From positions 2,948-66,947 of IMG/VR virus record IMGVR_UViG_3300033075_001000: DNA of 64,000 bases, one strand, 5' to 3'. Shown piece after piece: positions 62,795 through 64,000 of this stretch. This DNA comes from a virus (taxonomy: Duplodnaviria > Caudoviricetes). The position numbers and the translations under genes were made by a program. The notes beneath the pieces are model-generated. The model ran no database searches and was not told the origin of the DNA. It saw only the letters and a program-made list of their open reading frames with translations. Position 1 is the stretch's first letter. Each line of letters begins with the position of its first letter.

Positions 62795-63216
62795 TTCACC
62801 TTGTAGTCACGGCCCAAGTCTGGGCCGCCGTTGAGCATGACGAGGACGCAGATGTTGGCGACGAGCGAGTCCACCTCGCGCTTCGCCGCGCTGACCGCTG
62901 CCGGGTCCGTCTTGCCGCTGGCGATGTAGGTCGCGAGCGCGGCGTCGAAGGCGCGGTACGCGGGCGGGAACTGAACGCGGATGCGCTCGAAGACGAGCAG
63001 CGTCTCAGGCGAGAGCTTCGCCTTGTTCTGCTCCGCGAACGTGATCCCGCTGTCATAGATCGACGGCGCGACGGTGAGGGCGCGCTGCGCGTTGACGACG
63101 AAGCTGTTGTGCGCGCAGGCCGACAGGAGAAGTGCCGCCGCCACGAGGAGGACCACCCCGTGGCGCTGGCCCGGGACACGGGGCCGCGTGAGGAGAGGCA
63201 CGCGGAGGGAGTTCAT
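62791..63216 (-). CDS. Lipoprotein (spanin-like position)
   Basis: VVLLVAAALLLSA|C lipobox. Confidence 0.65.
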   Translation of the reverse strand: MNSLRVPLLTRPRVPGQRHGVVLLVAAALLLSACAHNSFVVNAQRALTVAPSIYDSGITFAEQNKAKLSPETLLVFERIRVQFPPAYRAFDAALATYIASGKTDPAAVSAAKREVDSLVANICVLVMLNGGPDLGRDYKVK

Positions 63217-63464
63217 TTCGGGTCTCCCGCAAGCAGCGCTCGCACGGCCGCGTCCTTCGCTTCAAGGAGCTTACGGAGAGCGACGGTCTTCTCGGGGTTG
63301 TCCGGCAGCGGGCCGCCGAACGTGCACACGCCACTCTCTGGGTTGTTGTCGCCTTTCGACATCGCGTGCGCGAGTTCGCAGAACGGTTTCGACACCATCT
63401 GAAGGTGCCCCGGCAGGTGCGAGTACTCGAAGAACTGGAGGATGTGCGCTACGGAGGAGTTCAT
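63213..63464 (-). CDS. Conserved phage helical-hairpin protein
   Basis: ILQFFEYSHLPGHLQMVSKPF...LP.NPEKTVALRKLLEAKDAAVRA. Confidence 0.7.
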   Translation of the reverse strand: MNSSVAHILQFFEYSHLPGHLQMVSKPFCELAHAMSKGDNNPESGVCTFGGPLPDNPEKTVALRKLLEAKDAAVRALLAGDPK

Positions 63465-63466
63465 GG

Positions 63467-64000
63467 TCAGTCCGTCCACGCGGGGTTCAGCGACCCGTCC
63501 TCGTTCCACTTCCGGGGCCTGCCCTTGTCGTCGCACGTCAGGTTCGTGAGCCACTGCTGCGCGGAGAGGAAGAGGACCGAGTCGAGCGAGGGCGTGGTCT
63601 GCGCGTAGGCCGCCTCGAACCCCGAGACGCCCGTCGGGATGTAGCCCTCGCGCACCGCGAGCGCCCAGATGTCGTTCTTGCCCGCCTGCGCCCATTCGAG
63701 CGGCACCGCGAGCGACCGCTCGTAGCGCGCCTTGATCGTCGCCTCGTCGTTCGAGAGGTTGCCGTCACCGCGCCGGTTGACGTTGTGCGCCTGGTTGTCG
63801 TGCCACTCGCTGACCGACTTGCAGTTCGGCCCGAGGACCGGCACCGGAAGCTCCTGCGTCTGGCCGAGCGCGATCTTGGTGTTGAGATCCCAATACTCGC
63901 GGCCGGTGCAGAAGAGGCGGTAGCGCTGGTACTCGTAGGAGGTGCCTGGGTAGCCGTAGGGCGGCGCGAACTGCGCGGCCGAGTTGACGACGTAGTTGTC
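63467..64000 (-). CDS. Hypothetical protein (5' end outside the window)
   Basis: Open frame from 64000 to the stop at 63467. Confidence 0.6.
   Translation of the reverse strand, partial: DNYVVNSAAQFAPPYGYPGTSYEYQRYRLFCTGREYWDLNTKIALGQTQELPVPVLGPNCKSVSEWHDNQAHNVNRRGDGNLSNDEATIKARYERSLAVPLEWAQAGKNDIWALAVREGYIPTGVSGFEAAYAQTTPSLDSVLFLSAQQWLTNLTCDDKGRPRKWNEDGSLNPAWTD

Noticed and set aside
1-64000. Integrase, att sites or IS elements
   Set aside because: No recombinase or transposase motifs and no terminal inverted repeats were found by eye, so lifestyle cannot be assigned from this window.

Overview
64 kb of a GC-rich tailed-phage genome, probably most of it. The morphotype is probably podovirus-like: there are portal, scaffold, capsid, adaptor, nozzle and ejection-type genes but no tape-measure gene. 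Layout: (i) 1-3197 (-): HNH, a structural gene, and terL carrying a Gln-terminated intein. (ii) 3283-8849 (+): replication block with RHH regulator, initiator containing an iteron-like array, and primase-helicase. (iii) A G-rich non-coding stretch and a probable terS. (iv) 9939-16644 (+): early genes with a shared GGAGGACGAC leader, a beta-clamp-like gene and a VPTL/IPTL-CTERM mini-protein. (v) 16700-27108 (-): mosaic small genes, RuvC-like resolvase, RecT and YqaJ exonuclease. (vi) 27157-29515 (-): Ro60/Rsr (TROVE) gene with its own promoter, followed by a tandem array of 4 clear and 1 weaker Y RNAs; two carry permuted tRNA-like modules and the others carry different payloads. (vii) 30454-60471 (-): virion module ending in an 11.6 kb polyvalent gene (GGDEF + DNA methyltransferase + Strawberry-notch helicase + HExxH). 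(viii) 60468-64000 (-): lysis region. Six free-standing HNH endonucleases are present. No integrase, DNA polymerase, true tRNA or CRISPR array was seen. All family assignments come from motif recognition by eye; no searches were run.
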